The notes under the pieces were generated by a model. The model saw nothing but the letters and a program-made list of their open reading frames with translations, was not told the origin of the DNA and ran no database searches. A stretch of 64,000 nt of DNA, from positions 136,352-200,351 of the forward strand of contig OZ240220.1 in assembly GCA_965197655.1 (NCBI GenBank). Reading direction: 5' to 3'. The stretch comes from Dehalococcoidia bacterium. Lineage in GTDB: Bacteria > Chloroflexota > Dehalococcoidia > Lucifugimonadales > UBA3495. A program made the translations under genes and the position numbers. Shown in pieces: positions 20,633 through 31,079 of this stretch (position 1 is its first letter; each line of letters opens with the position of its first letter).

Positions 20633-21859
20633 TTATCCTGCCGGGGTTTCGGTCGCCGGCGGTCTCGGCATACGGCTGGCTACGATAGCAAGGATTATGC
20701 CCGCCACGAGGACGAGCCAAAAGCCCAAATCGGCGCCCCAGAATACCACATAGTCACCCCAGAAGAACGTCACTGTGGTCAAAAAAATCGTGCCGAGTCC
20801 GGCGCCCAGATAGCCTCCAACCGAGATGCCCAGCGCCATCTTCGCGAAGTGACGCGGGGGTAACAGTTCTGCCATCAACACCCAGGGCAGGCTGATGAGG
20901 CCGCCGCTTATGAGTAAGAAGGCCAGGTATTCGACGGCCGATGCGGGATAGCCGAAGAAGGTCCAGAAGGCCGCAAGTACGGCCAATATCAGGAGCGCGG
21001 CCAGGAGGAACAGCCGGCGTGTCGGGTAGAAATCGCTGGCAACGCCCCAGAGCAGAGCGCCGATACCGCTGAAGATGGAAATGGCCTGGAACGGCAACGT
21101 AATATCTTCAACGCCCGAGGCGGACCTCGCAATGAAGAACGGGATGTAGCCGGATGCCTTGACCAGGGCGGCAATGAAGAACGCGGCGGTTATCCAGGCG
21201 GCGGCCCGGCGGACGCTCGGCATCGAAAGCGTTTCCCGGAGTGTTGGGCCTGGTTCATACGAACCGGCGAACACCCGCGGCAGCAGCAGGAACAGGACTG
21301 CTGCCCCGGCCAAGGTTAAAGCGCCGCTGACTGCCAACAGCAGCATTGGTGAATCGAACAGCCAATCGCCTACGTCCCCCACTCCCAAGGACATCGTGAA
21401 GACCAGGCCCAGCGCCCCGATCAAGGTGCCCCGGTACCGCGTGGCGCCCTTCGCCGCGATGGCGTAGAACACCAGGGAACTGACCGCCGAGCCGCCGACG
21501 CCGGCAACGAACATACCCAGTGCGGATGCCGGGAAGCTGTTGGAGAGGCCGACAATGGTGAGGCCGAGGACGGCTACCACAGCGCCGCCCGCCATCAAGG
21601 TGTGAGGAGGCCGTCGGTCCACCAAGATGGCCGCGCCGACCACCGCCAGCCCGCCGATGCCGCCAGCCAGCAGATGCCAGCCGAAGGACTCCGATACAAT
21701 ATTTAATCGCTGAGCCGCCACGAATGCCAAGAGTACGTTGGAGTTGGCGAACTTCAGGAGCGCCGCCGCCGCTACCAGCACGAGGCCGAGCTTCAGGTCG
21801 GGGTGTATGTTTTGTAACGGCATAGCGACCAGTATGCGGTTGGCGGGACCGATAAGCAA
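20633..21859 (-). CDS. MFS-type membrane transporter
   Basis: 408 aa with about 12 hydrophobic segments in a two-halves layout. No substrate assignment is possible. Confidence 0.7.
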   Translation of the reverse strand: MLIGPANRILVAMPLQNIHPDLKLGLVLVAAAALLKFANSNVLLAFVAAQRLNIVSESFGWHLLAGGIGGLAVVGAAILVDRRPPHTLMAGGAVVAVLGLTIVGLSNSFPASALGMFVAGVGGSAVSSLVFYAIAAKGATRYRGTLIGALGLVFTMSLGVGDVGDWLFDSPMLLLAVSGALTLAGAAVLFLLLPRVFAGSYEPGPTLRETLSMPSVRRAAAWITAAFFIAALVKASGYIPFFIARSASGVEDITLPFQAISIFSGIGALLWGVASDFYPTRRLFLLAALLILAVLAAFWTFFGYPASAVEYLAFLLISGGLISLPWVLMAELLPPRHFAKMALGISVGGYLGAGLGTIFLTTVTFFWGDYVVFWGADLGFWLVLVAGIILAIVASRMPRPPATETPAG

Positions 21860-21884
21860 CCTGCCGCCGGCGCTTCCACGTCAG

Positions 21885-23681
21885 CTACCAGCCCAGCATC
21901 ACCGACTCTTTTCGCGGGTCGGCGCCGCCGTGGTAAACCCCGGTCTCCGGGTTGACCAGAATGGGGGCGAAGCCGTTGAGGACTCCCCAGGGGCCGATGA
22001 CGTTGACCAGGTGGCCCTTGTCGCTGAGGGCATCTACCAACTCCTGGGAGACCCGGCCTTCAATTTCCAGCACGTTGGGATATTCCCGGTGGGGCCAGGG
22101 CGATTGAGGGAAGCTGTACCCGCAGAACCGGGGGGCCTCCACCGCCTCCTGCACGTTCATCCCGAAGTCTATGATGTTGTTCAGTGTTTGCAGGTTGCTC
22201 TGGGGCTGGCTGTCGGTGCCGGGGGTGCCCAGGGTCATAAAGGGCTGGCCGTCCTTCAGGATTATGAAGGTGCACGGCGTGGTGCGGGGACGCTTGTGCG
22301 GGGCAATGGAGTTGGGGTTGTCCTCGTCCAGCCAGAAGTAGCTGCCTCGGCAGTTCATCAGAATGCCGGTATCTCCCAACACCATCCCCTGGGACAGGGC
22401 GGCGAAGCTGCTAGGCGTGGCCGAGACCATGTTGCCCCGGGCATCGACGGTAGCCAGGTAGGTGGTGCCGTCGAAGTCGCTGGCTACCGGCTGGGGAGCC
22501 GCATCGACCGCAGCCGGTTGATACCCCGGGGCGACGGCCTGCATCCCGCGCGGGTCGCCCGGTGGGTACTGGGCCTGGGCCCGGTTGGGGTCGATGAGGC
22601 CCCGCCGCAGCGCCGCATACTCCGGGGACAGCAGGCCCTGGAGCGGCACGTCCACGAAGTCCGGGTCCCCCACGTAGCGCTCCCGGTCAGCGAAGGCCAG
22701 TTTCAATGCCTCTACCTGTAGGTGGATGGCCGGCGGGCTGTTGTGGCCCAATGCGGCCAGGTCGAAACCTTCTACGATGTTCAGGGCTTGCAGCAGGGTG
22801 ATGCCCTGGGTCCAGGAGTGGTTGGTAAAGACCTGGTAGCCCCGGTAGGTGGTGGAAATCGGCTCCTCCAGGGGAGATTCGTACTCGGCGAAATCCTCGT
22901 AGGCATATAACCCGCCCAGGTTTTGCAGGGCCTGAACCATGCGCCGGGCCACGTCGCCCTTGTAGAAAACATCCCGCGCCGCCTGGATGGCGTCCTCCCG
23001 GGACTGCCCCCGGCCCAGGGATTGCTCCTCGGCCTTGGTCATCAGCGACAAGGTGCGGCCCAAGTCTTTCTGAACGAACCGGCTGCCCAGTTGCGGCGGG
23101 CGGCCGTCGGGCAGGAAAATCCTTGCCGATTCCGGGTACTTGTGCAGGTTGTCGAGACGCTCGGCGCTGCCGATGGCCCGGTTGAGGAGTTGGTAGGTGG
23201 GAAAGCCGTTGCGCGCAAAGTCCAGGGCGCTTTCCGCTACTTGGTTGAAGGACATCGTGCCGTAGTGGGCCAGCATAGTCAGCAGCGCCGACAGTACGCC
23301 GGGGACGGTGGTGCTGAGCGCGCCGGGCGGTATTTCGCCCCAATTGTCCCGGTAGTGGCCTACGGTGGCCTGCCGGGGCGCCCAGCCCTGACCGACCACC
23401 GACCGGACGGCTCTGCTGGCCCGGTCGTAGAACAGGAAGGCCACCTCACCGCCCAGGGTGTAGTGGGCGGTGGGTTCCATAACCCCGGCGGCCAGGGCCG
23501 AAGCCACGGCGGCGTCAACGGCGTTACCCCCCTGCCACAGAATACGCATACCGGTCTGGGCGGTCAGTTGGGTGCCGCCGCCCACCATGCCCCGGGTGCC
23601 CCAGACGATGGGCCGGTGGGAAAACTCGCCCTGGCTACCCTGGGTGTGGGCGCGGGTGTGGCTGTTAGTCAGCGCCGTCAT
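21885..23681 (-). CDS. ggt: gamma-glutamyltranspeptidase family protein
   Basis: 598 aa. Autoprocessing/nucleophile site DGTTYLATVD and the C-terminal GGADPR motif. Confidence 0.9.
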   Translation of the reverse strand: MTALTNSHTRAHTQGSQGEFSHRPIVWGTRGMVGGGTQLTAQTGMRILWQGGNAVDAAVASALAAGVMEPTAHYTLGGEVAFLFYDRASRAVRSVVGQGWAPRQATVGHYRDNWGEIPPGALSTTVPGVLSALLTMLAHYGTMSFNQVAESALDFARNGFPTYQLLNRAIGSAERLDNLHKYPESARIFLPDGRPPQLGSRFVQKDLGRTLSLMTKAEEQSLGRGQSREDAIQAARDVFYKGDVARRMVQALQNLGGLYAYEDFAEYESPLEEPISTTYRGYQVFTNHSWTQGITLLQALNIVEGFDLAALGHNSPPAIHLQVEALKLAFADRERYVGDPDFVDVPLQGLLSPEYAALRRGLIDPNRAQAQYPPGDPRGMQAVAPGYQPAAVDAAPQPVASDFDGTTYLATVDARGNMVSATPSSFAALSQGMVLGDTGILMNCRGSYFWLDEDNPNSIAPHKRPRTTPCTFIILKDGQPFMTLGTPGTDSQPQSNLQTLNNIIDFGMNVQEAVEAPRFCGYSFPQSPWPHREYPNVLEIEGRVSQELVDALSDKGHLVNVIGPWGVLNGFAPILVNPETGVYHGGADPRKESVMLGW

Positions 23682-23960
23682 GGGTTGGCCTCCTTTGGCT
23701 CTTTGCGATAGCTTGCCTGGTGAAAGTCCGATAGTTAATGTTGCGTCACTTTACGCTTCTTGCATTTGACCCCATTCTAGTCCCGCACCTCTGTTATTGG
23801 AACAGCTTATAGAAGCTATTTCAGATGTCCGGTAAACTGGTCACGGGATAGAGGATAGACCCTGAGGTTGCACGGGGTTAAGCTATGGGGCAAGGCTTGA
23901 GCTATGCTTAGTGAGAGATTAGCTGCCGGTTGACACACAAAACTTTTTTGAGGAGAGTGT

Positions 23961-24995
23961 ATGCCAATCACAAGGGAAGTCATTCAGACCGTCGTCGGTA
24001 ACGGGGAAGAAGGTTTCTACGGTGATGGCGGCCCAGCTATTCAGGCGGCCTGCGAAATGCCGTATATGTGCGCCTTCGATACCCACGGCAATATGTTTGT
24101 TTGCATGGGTCGCACCCATCTGGTCAGGCGGGTGGATGCCAGGACCGGCATCATCACGCGGGTAGCTGGCAACTGCAAGGACGACTACGCTGGCGACGGC
24201 GGGCCAGCCCTTGAGGCCAGCTTCAATATGCCCTATGCCGTAACCGTGGATACCAATGGAGATATCTACCTGGCAGAACGGTTTAACTTCGTCGTCCGAA
24301 AGATAGACGGTGAAACGGGCATTGTGTCCACCGTCGCCGGCAACGGGGAAGAGGGATACGGCGGTGATGGCGGCCCCGGCATCCAGGCGATGCTGCGAGA
24401 ACCCAACGATGTGTTCTTGGATGGCAAGGGTAGGTTGCTGATTGCCGATATTCGGGACCAACGCATCCGCCGGGTGGACTTGAGTACCGGCATCATTACT
24501 ACCTTTGCCGGCACCGGCGAAAAGTCCCGGGAAGGGGATGGCAAGCGAGGCACCGAAGCCAGCCTCATGGGCCTCAGGGCAGTTTGCATGGACCGGCTGG
24601 GCAATACCTACGTCTGCGAGCGGGAAGGCAACGGGGTGCGAAAGATTGACCCGGAGGGAATACTGACCACCGTGGCCGGGGCGGAGTCGGTGGCCGGGTA
24701 TTCGGGTGACGGTGGACCCGCTTTAGCCGCCACCTGGGGGGCGCCGAAAGCCATCCGCTGCGACCTGCAGAACAACATAATCGTGTTGGATACGGAGAAT
24801 AACGCGGTGCGGCGCATTGATGCCCAAACCGGCATGGTCAATACTATCGCCGGCGGCCACGAGGGTGGCGATGGCGACGGCAGGCCCGCTACCGAGGCGG
24901 GGCTGGGCCGGCCCCACGGCTGCGGCATGGACGCCGCCGGGAACCTCTATATTGCCGACACCCACAACAATCGGGTGCGTGTGGTGGGGCTGTAG
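23961..24995 (+). CDS. NHL-repeat beta-propeller protein
   Basis: 344 aa with six repeats of G.G..GysGDGGPA..A.l..P..v..D..GN.yi.D..N..vR.id. Confidence 0.75.
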   Translation: MPITREVIQTVVGNGEEGFYGDGGPAIQAACEMPYMCAFDTHGNMFVCMGRTHLVRRVDARTGIITRVAGNCKDDYAGDGGPALEASFNMPYAVTVDTNGDIYLAERFNFVVRKIDGETGIVSTVAGNGEEGYGGDGGPGIQAMLREPNDVFLDGKGRLLIADIRDQRIRRVDLSTGIITTFAGTGEKSREGDGKRGTEASLMGLRAVCMDRLGNTYVCEREGNGVRKIDPEGILTTVAGAESVAGYSGDGGPALAATWGAPKAIRCDLQNNIIVLDTENNAVRRIDAQTGMVNTIAGGHEGGDGDGRPATEAGLGRPHGCGMDAAGNLYIADTHNNRVRVVGL

Positions 24996-25250
24996 AGTTC
25001 GGGTCAACTTAAAGGTGTCTTCAATCTCGAAACTCCTTTGCCGGTTAGGGCCGGTTAGGATGCTCCGGCTAATTGTGGCTATGCTGCCCAATGCTGTCGC
25101 ATCCATTATGCTAAACCTGAGCGTCAATTGCGATTGACGCCGTTCCCTAGTGTTTGTATCATCGTTCTCATTAACAAACGCGCACTCTCTCGACCTTTCC
25201 CGTGGGAATCGGGAAGTCTTGGGAAATATCGCTGCTTTGGGAGGTCTATT

Positions 25251-27251
25251 ATGCAGGACACCCAGCGAACCAGCCTGGTCGTTGCCAAGTCGGGAATCAG
25301 GAGCATCGTCATTGACCCTGACCGGTCTCAGTCCCCTACCTTTGGCGGATTGTCCTTCGGCTCGGTGGGCCAGTACGAAAAACTTCGCGGCACCGCCTAT
25401 GGCGAACTCGACCCAGCGGACCTGCGCAATGCGGTAATCACCGGTATTGAACTGGCTCCGGTGAACGAACGCGGCATGGTCGAGTACTCAATGGACATCT
25501 TCATCCTCAAGCCCATCAACCTGGCTGCGGGCAACCATCGGCTGTTCTTTGACTTTAACAATCGCGGCCAAATGCGGGTGGGTCTGCTCAACAGCGCTGC
25601 CCCTACCAACAACCCCACTACGGCCAAAGACGCTGGCACCGGGCTTATAATGAAGCAGGGCTACACCGTGGTATCGAACGGCTGGGATTGTAGCGCGAGC
25701 GGCTTCGATTCGATGACGATTAACCTCCCCGTTGCCAGCAATGGCGGGGAGACCATCACTGGCCCTTCCTACGAATACATTGCCTTCGATAACAACACCA
25801 CCCTGACCAGCGAACTGGCCTACTCCGCCGCCACTTTGGACAAGTCCCAGGCGCAACTTACGGTGCGGGCGCACCTGGATGACGCGCCAACCACCATCCC
25901 GGCAAGCGGCTGGGACTACACCTCAACCGACGGCAGGGCAATCCGCTTGCTGCCGGAGGGAACGCCCTTCCAGCAGAGCCACATCTACGAGTTTACCTAC
26001 ACCGCGAAAGACCCCCTAGTGTGCGGAATCGGCCTGGCGGCTACCCGCGATTTCGTGTCATTTTTGCGGAACGCTGCCAGCGACCAGGACAATCCCCTCG
26101 CCGGCGACGTGCAGTACACCTACAGCTACTCGATTTCCCAGCCCACCCGAACCTTGAACGACTTTCAGGAACTGGGTTTCAACGAGGGCGAAAACGGCCA
26201 GCGGGTCTTTGACGGAATACTGGGCCATACCGGCGGGGGCAGCGGAGACCAGATTAACTACCGGTTCGGGCAGACCGACCGGACCGAGCGCAACCGCCAG
26301 AATCACCTGTACCCGGAAGGAATCTTCCCCTTTGCCCACCAGGTTTTGACCGACCACCTGGGGGGCAAAACTGCCGGGCGCAGCGAGCGCGCTATGGCGA
26401 GCAACACCGCTCCCAAACGCTTCGAGGTCAATACCGCCAACGAATACTGGTGCAAGGCCTGTTCCCTGCTGCACACCGATACGCAGGGCAACGACCTTCC
26501 CGACCCGGAAAATGTGCGGTTCTACCTGCTCTCCGGCTTGTCCCACGGCGTGGGGGATGCAACTGACCGGAAGAAGAACCAACAGTTTACCAACGGAGTA
26601 AGTCCCTATGCCGCCCATCGCGCCCTACTGGTCGCTCTGGACGAATGGGTTAGTCAGGGCATTGCGCCGCCGGACAGCCGGGTGCCGCGCCGCGCTGACG
26701 CCGCCGCCTTTGCCGTGCCCCGGCCCGGCGCCCAGACCGGCTCCGTGCCGCAAGCGGAATTGGGCTGGCCCGACATTCCGGGCGTAACTTATAACGGGCT
26801 GGTAACCACCCGATACCTGTTGGACTTCGGGCCGGATTTCAATGACGGTATTCTGTCCAACTACCCGCCCTCGGTCGCTGACCGTCCTGCCTATCCGGTG
26901 TTTGTGTCCAAGGTGGATGCCGACGGCAATGAGGTGGCGGGTGTCCGCCTGCCGGGAGTGGCGGCGCCGGTTGCGACCACCACCGGCTGGGCCTTGCGCC
27001 GGGCCGGCTACGGCGAGAACGAAGGCGGCGAATCGGACGGCCAGCACATTCCCTTCAAGGCCACCAAAGCGGAACGTCTGGCCGCCGGCGACCCGCGCCT
27101 TTCGTTGGAGGAACGATACCAGGACCATGCCGGGTACGTGCGGGCAGTCGCGGAGGCAGCCAGGCAACTCGAAAAGCAGCGGTTCCTGCTGCCGGCTGAT
27201 GTGCAGGGATATATTGAGGCGGCTGAGGCAAGCGACGTGCTGTTGTCGTAA
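25251..27251 (+). CDS. conserved hypothetical protein (possibly alpha/beta-hydrolase-like; tentative)
   Basis: Start moved to ATG 25251 after GGGAGG. 666 aa with clean codon usage. No catalytic motif recognised with certainty. Confidence 0.55.
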   Translation: MQDTQRTSLVVAKSGIRSIVIDPDRSQSPTFGGLSFGSVGQYEKLRGTAYGELDPADLRNAVITGIELAPVNERGMVEYSMDIFILKPINLAAGNHRLFFDFNNRGQMRVGLLNSAAPTNNPTTAKDAGTGLIMKQGYTVVSNGWDCSASGFDSMTINLPVASNGGETITGPSYEYIAFDNNTTLTSELAYSAATLDKSQAQLTVRAHLDDAPTTIPASGWDYTSTDGRAIRLLPEGTPFQQSHIYEFTYTAKDPLVCGIGLAATRDFVSFLRNAASDQDNPLAGDVQYTYSYSISQPTRTLNDFQELGFNEGENGQRVFDGILGHTGGGSGDQINYRFGQTDRTERNRQNHLYPEGIFPFAHQVLTDHLGGKTAGRSERAMASNTAPKRFEVNTANEYWCKACSLLHTDTQGNDLPDPENVRFYLLSGLSHGVGDATDRKKNQQFTNGVSPYAAHRALLVALDEWVSQGIAPPDSRVPRRADAAAFAVPRPGAQTGSVPQAELGWPDIPGVTYNGLVTTRYLLDFGPDFNDGILSNYPPSVADRPAYPVFVSKVDADGNEVAGVRLPGVAAPVATTTGWALRRAGYGENEGGESDGQHIPFKATKAERLAAGDPRLSLEERYQDHAGYVRAVAEAARQLEKQRFLLPADVQGYIEAAEASDVLLS

Positions 27252-27286
27252 GCGCCGCCTTTGCCCGTTCGATTGGGTTCACGTAC

Positions 27287-27383
27287 CCGTCATTCCGGCG
27301 CAGGCCGGAATCCAGAAGCATAGCCTCCGGCTAGGTTCCTTCTCCGCAGCATTTCTGGATTCCGGCGAAAGCCGGAATGACGG
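27287..27383. repeat. palindromic repeat, family 1 (CGTCATTCCGGCGCAGGCCGGAATCCAG / CTGGATTCCGGCGAAAGCCGGAATGACGG)
   Basis: Inverted cores at 27287-27315 and 27355-27383. Same cores occur at 53843-53941 and inside the MITEs at 55017, 58231 and 59336. Confidence 0.8.
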
Positions 27384-27450
27384 GGAATGCGGGAGCATCC
27401 CGCTTTAGCCAGTAATTTCAGCGGAAGAAACCACGCAAAGGAGATCATCA

Positions 27451-28563
27451 ATGGCGGCAAGGGGAATACCACTGGCGAGGGAACTGGACCGGGTGCCATC
27501 CAGCCGGGTCCCTCTGGACCGCGATCAGGAACTGCGCTACCAGCGTCTGGCGGAAGAGGCCCCAATGGTAGATGTCCACCAACACCCCATGACTATGCCG
27601 GAGGACATCGGCCGGCTTACCGAGTACCTGCGCAGTAACAGCTACGCCTGGGGGTATGCGGCGGTAAAGCAGGGCGGGTGGACGGCGGTGGCTACGGCGA
27701 ATATGTTCCGGGGGCTGATTAACCACCCGGATATGTCCTTCGTCGAGTTTGATGACGTGCTGACCGAAGTGGGTTTGATGCTGGCCGACGTGGGCCGGCA
27801 GGAGGATGTGGTCAAGGTCACCAACGCCGCCGAGATTGAGTCGGCCCAGCAGCAGGGCAAGGTGGGCTTTTTCCCGACCTTGGAACACCTGGCTATCGGC
27901 AACGACCTTACTCGGCTGGACCTGCTCTACAGCGTGGGGGTGCGGCTGGCTGGCCTGACCTATAACCGCAAGAACTACATCGGCGATGGCCAGTTGGAGC
28001 GCAATGCCGGCGGCCTTAGCGAGTTTGGCCTGGAAGTGGTGCGGAGGATGAACCAGTTGGGCATAGCAGTAGATGTATCCCACGCTTCCGTTCCAACCGC
28101 AATGGACGCCATTGCGCTGTCCGAAGCGCCGGTGACCTTCAGCCATAACGCCTCCTACACCCTGCGGCCCACCACGCGTACCCGCACCGACGAAGAGTTG
28201 CTGGCCTGCGCTCAAAAAGGCGGCCTTATTGCCATTACCGCCGTACCCAATTCGCTGAGCGACGACCCGAAGCAGGATATAGAGTGCGTACTGGACCATT
28301 ACGACTATATGGCGCAGTTGGTGGGGGTGGACCACGTGGGCATTGGAACCGACACCAACGTCGGCGACCACGTGGATTTTCACCGCAAAGTTCTGGGCCG
28401 CACCGACGACCAGTTGCCCGCCCCTTACCTGGACGGCCTGGAATCCCCGGCGGATGGCAAAAACATCATCCGAGGGCTGATTAGCCGGGGCCACTCCGAC
28501 GATGACGTCAGGAAAATCCTGGGCGGCAACGCCCTGGCCTACTTCCGACGGGTCATCGGTTAG
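27451..28563 (+). CDS. membrane dipeptidase (peptidase M19, renal dipeptidase family)
   Basis: 370 aa. VDVHQHP metal site, GLTYNRKN and DVSHAS motifs. RBS AAAGGAG. Confidence 0.85.
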   Translation: MAARGIPLARELDRVPSSRVPLDRDQELRYQRLAEEAPMVDVHQHPMTMPEDIGRLTEYLRSNSYAWGYAAVKQGGWTAVATANMFRGLINHPDMSFVEFDDVLTEVGLMLADVGRQEDVVKVTNAAEIESAQQQGKVGFFPTLEHLAIGNDLTRLDLLYSVGVRLAGLTYNRKNYIGDGQLERNAGGLSEFGLEVVRRMNQLGIAVDVSHASVPTAMDAIALSEAPVTFSHNASYTLRPTTRTRTDEELLACAQKGGLIAITAVPNSLSDDPKQDIECVLDHYDYMAQLVGVDHVGIGTDTNVGDHVDFHRKVLGRTDDQLPAPYLDGLESPADGKNIIRGLISRGHSDDDVRKILGGNALAYFRRVIG

Positions 28564-28710
28564 CAGCGCTGGAAATCGGAGGACGCCCAGGCGTTGCGGG
28601 AAAGGTTAGCGGGTTATTGGATTCCGGTACGGACTTTGATGCCCTGTTACGACTCCTTATAGACTCAGGCTTACAGATTTCCAGGTTTAGCACCTGACCG
28701 GAGCTGTTGA

Positions 28711-30987
28711 ATGGTTACTATTACCCTGGATTCCGGCGCAACATTGCAGGTCGCGGATCTGTTGTTCGACTTTATGCGAGACGAGGCCCTGCCCGGTTCG
28801 GATTGGACACCGGAGGAGGTATTCCGGTTGCTGGGTCGCTTGGTGGAAGAGTTTGAACCTCGGAACCGGGAACTTTTGGCCCAGCGGGATGCAGTACAAC
28901 GGCAGATTGACGATTACTACATTGCCAAGCGGGCGGGCGGGTGGCGCCCGACTCAAGCGACTGCCGCCGCGGATGCCCTGGACTTGGAAAAGTTCCTGGT
29001 AGAAATCGGCTACCTGGAAACCAGGCAAGATAACGGCTTCACTATGACCACTCCGCAACTAGACCCGGAAATGGACCAGAATGGCCCGGAGTTGGTTACT
29101 CCGGTGACCAACGCCAGCATGGCCGTGGGCGGAGCCAACGCCCGGTGGGGCAGTCTGTATGACGCCTACTATCTGAGTGACATACATCCGGAGATAGACC
29201 GGCAAACCCAACAGCCCGCTCGCCTCAGGATGGTGGTAACCGAAACCAACCGCTTCCTGGACCAATACGTCGCCCAGTGGGACAACGGCGCAGTCTTTGA
29301 CGACCTCCGCTCTTACAAAGTAGCTCAGGACAGCCAGGGAAAATACGAGTTAAGGGGCTTGACATCTGCTGAAGGGGAAGTCGGTCTGCGGGAACCCGCG
29401 AAATTTATTGGGTTTAACTGGGACGAGAACCGGCAACTGACCGAGTTTCTGCTGGAAAATAATGGCCTGAAGATTTTATTCCAGCTATACGAAGGCGGAG
29501 GAATCCACCCGGAAATCGGCCAATTCAGGGACTTGATTGTCGAGTCCGCCATCACCAATATCGTGGACTTCGAGGATGCGGTCGCTATCGTCGATGCCGA
29601 GGATATGGTCGTCGGCCTGCGCAATTATCTGGGGTTGATCCGGGGAGACCTGTATGCCTACGGTTCCCGGGGAAATCCAAAGACCATCAATTCGGACAAG
29701 ACTTGCCTGGACGCATTTGGCAGTCCGCAAACCTTTAAGGGCACTAGCTTGATGTCGGTGCGAAACGTCTCACTGCATATGTACACCGACATGGCGCTGC
29801 TGGACGGACGGGAGATTCCGGAGCGGATTCTGGGCGTATTTCTGACTACCTTGATTGCGTCCCTTTACGATAACGGTTCCAGCGGAGAGGAACGAGCGGC
29901 TGGGCAGGGGGAGGGCCGGCTGCCGGTGCGCGGCCCGAACAGCGGCAAGGGCTACATTTACCAGGTGACGCCAAAACTGCAAGCCCGGGAAGAGGTGGCG
30001 GAGCAGGTAAGGTTCTTTGAGGCCGTCGAAACTGCGTTGGGCCTACCTGGCGGCAGCATCCTCATCGGAATTATGAATGAAGAACTTGGAATGACGCTTC
30101 AGCTTGCCGAGTCCCTGCGGGCGGCGCAGAGCCGCGTCTTTTTCATCAACACCGGGTTTCTGGACCGGACCGGCTCCCAAATTCGGGTGCAGATGCAGGC
30201 GGGGCCGGTTGACCTCCGGGACGACCTCACCCAGCACACTTACAATACCAGCTATGAGCTGCACAACGTGGACGTGGGGATTCAGACCGGCGTCCATAAG
30301 AGCGGCAAGATAGGCAAGGGAATGCAGGTCAGGAACCGGGCGATGGCCGAGATGCTGGAGCGGAAGATTGACCAACCCCGGGGCGGCGGCAACACCGCCT
30401 GGGTTCCCGCGCCCTATCCCAGCGATATTCATTCGATGCACTACCACATGGTGGACGTTGACCAGGTGCAGCGAACCATGGAAGACTCGCCGGCGCGTGA
30501 CATTTCCAGGCAGGCGCTGCTCACCTTTCCGGCGCTGGACCGGGCCAAGCTGGACACGGACGGGGCCAGGCGTAATTACCTGTTGCGCTACGTCCACAGC
30601 ATGATGGCTTACGTGGCGCCCTGGGTGCATCAGGGGATCGGCTGCACCGGAGTGCCAAACTTTGACCAGATTGAGGAGATGAAAGACCGGGCCACGGAAA
30701 GAATCGACAGCGCCATCATCGCTAACTGGAAGCTCCACGATGTAATCACCCAAGAGGACATCGAGGGCGCGGTCAGGGAGACGGCCCGGATTGTGGACGA
30801 GCAGAACGCAGAAAATCCGGCGCACCGGCCTATGACCGACACCGAGGAGAAGCGGAACAATCTGTTGAACGACCCGGCGGTGCTGGCGGTCTTGCAGATT
30901 ATTGGAGAAGCCTTGTCCTCGGCCAGCGCCTACGTTGAACCGGCCCTCTTTCGGAACCGCAAGACAGTTAAGAGGGGCGCCCCATAG
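28711..30987 (+). CDS. glcB: malate synthase G-like
   Basis: 758 aa. N-terminal LFDFMRDEALPG and RNRELLAQRDAVQRQIDDYY, typical size, and mid-region RFFEAVE...GIMNEELG motifs. Confidence 0.8.
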   Translation: MVTITLDSGATLQVADLLFDFMRDEALPGSDWTPEEVFRLLGRLVEEFEPRNRELLAQRDAVQRQIDDYYIAKRAGGWRPTQATAAADALDLEKFLVEIGYLETRQDNGFTMTTPQLDPEMDQNGPELVTPVTNASMAVGGANARWGSLYDAYYLSDIHPEIDRQTQQPARLRMVVTETNRFLDQYVAQWDNGAVFDDLRSYKVAQDSQGKYELRGLTSAEGEVGLREPAKFIGFNWDENRQLTEFLLENNGLKILFQLYEGGGIHPEIGQFRDLIVESAITNIVDFEDAVAIVDAEDMVVGLRNYLGLIRGDLYAYGSRGNPKTINSDKTCLDAFGSPQTFKGTSLMSVRNVSLHMYTDMALLDGREIPERILGVFLTTLIASLYDNGSSGEERAAGQGEGRLPVRGPNSGKGYIYQVTPKLQAREEVAEQVRFFEAVETALGLPGGSILIGIMNEELGMTLQLAESLRAAQSRVFFINTGFLDRTGSQIRVQMQAGPVDLRDDLTQHTYNTSYELHNVDVGIQTGVHKSGKIGKGMQVRNRAMAEMLERKIDQPRGGGNTAWVPAPYPSDIHSMHYHMVDVDQVQRTMEDSPARDISRQALLTFPALDRAKLDTDGARRNYLLRYVHSMMAYVAPWVHQGIGCTGVPNFDQIEEMKDRATERIDSAIIANWKLHDVITQEDIEGAVRETARIVDEQNAENPAHRPMTDTEEKRNNLLNDPAVLAVLQIIGEALSSASAYVEPALFRNRKTVKRGAP

Positions 30988-31021
30988 GGAGCGACATATC
31001 TCGATTAAGGCAGCGTCAGCG

Positions 31022-31058
31022 AAAACCGGCTGTTGGGTGAGTCCCAACAGCCGGTTTT
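31022..31058. terminator. bidirectional rho-independent terminator between convergent glcB and LLM genes
   Basis: AAAACCGGCTGTTGGG-tgagt-CCCAACAGCCGGTTTT, with A/T runs on both sides. Confidence 0.6.
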
Positions 31059-31079
31059 GTCTTTCCGGGTTAGGGGTGG

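Noticed and set aside
27055-27638. Several 80-190-aa ORFs spanning the end of the 666-aa gene and the repeat at 27287-27383.
   Set aside because: They are translations of the family-1 palindrome (VIPAQAGIQ-type peptide) and out-of-frame overlaps with well-supported genes.
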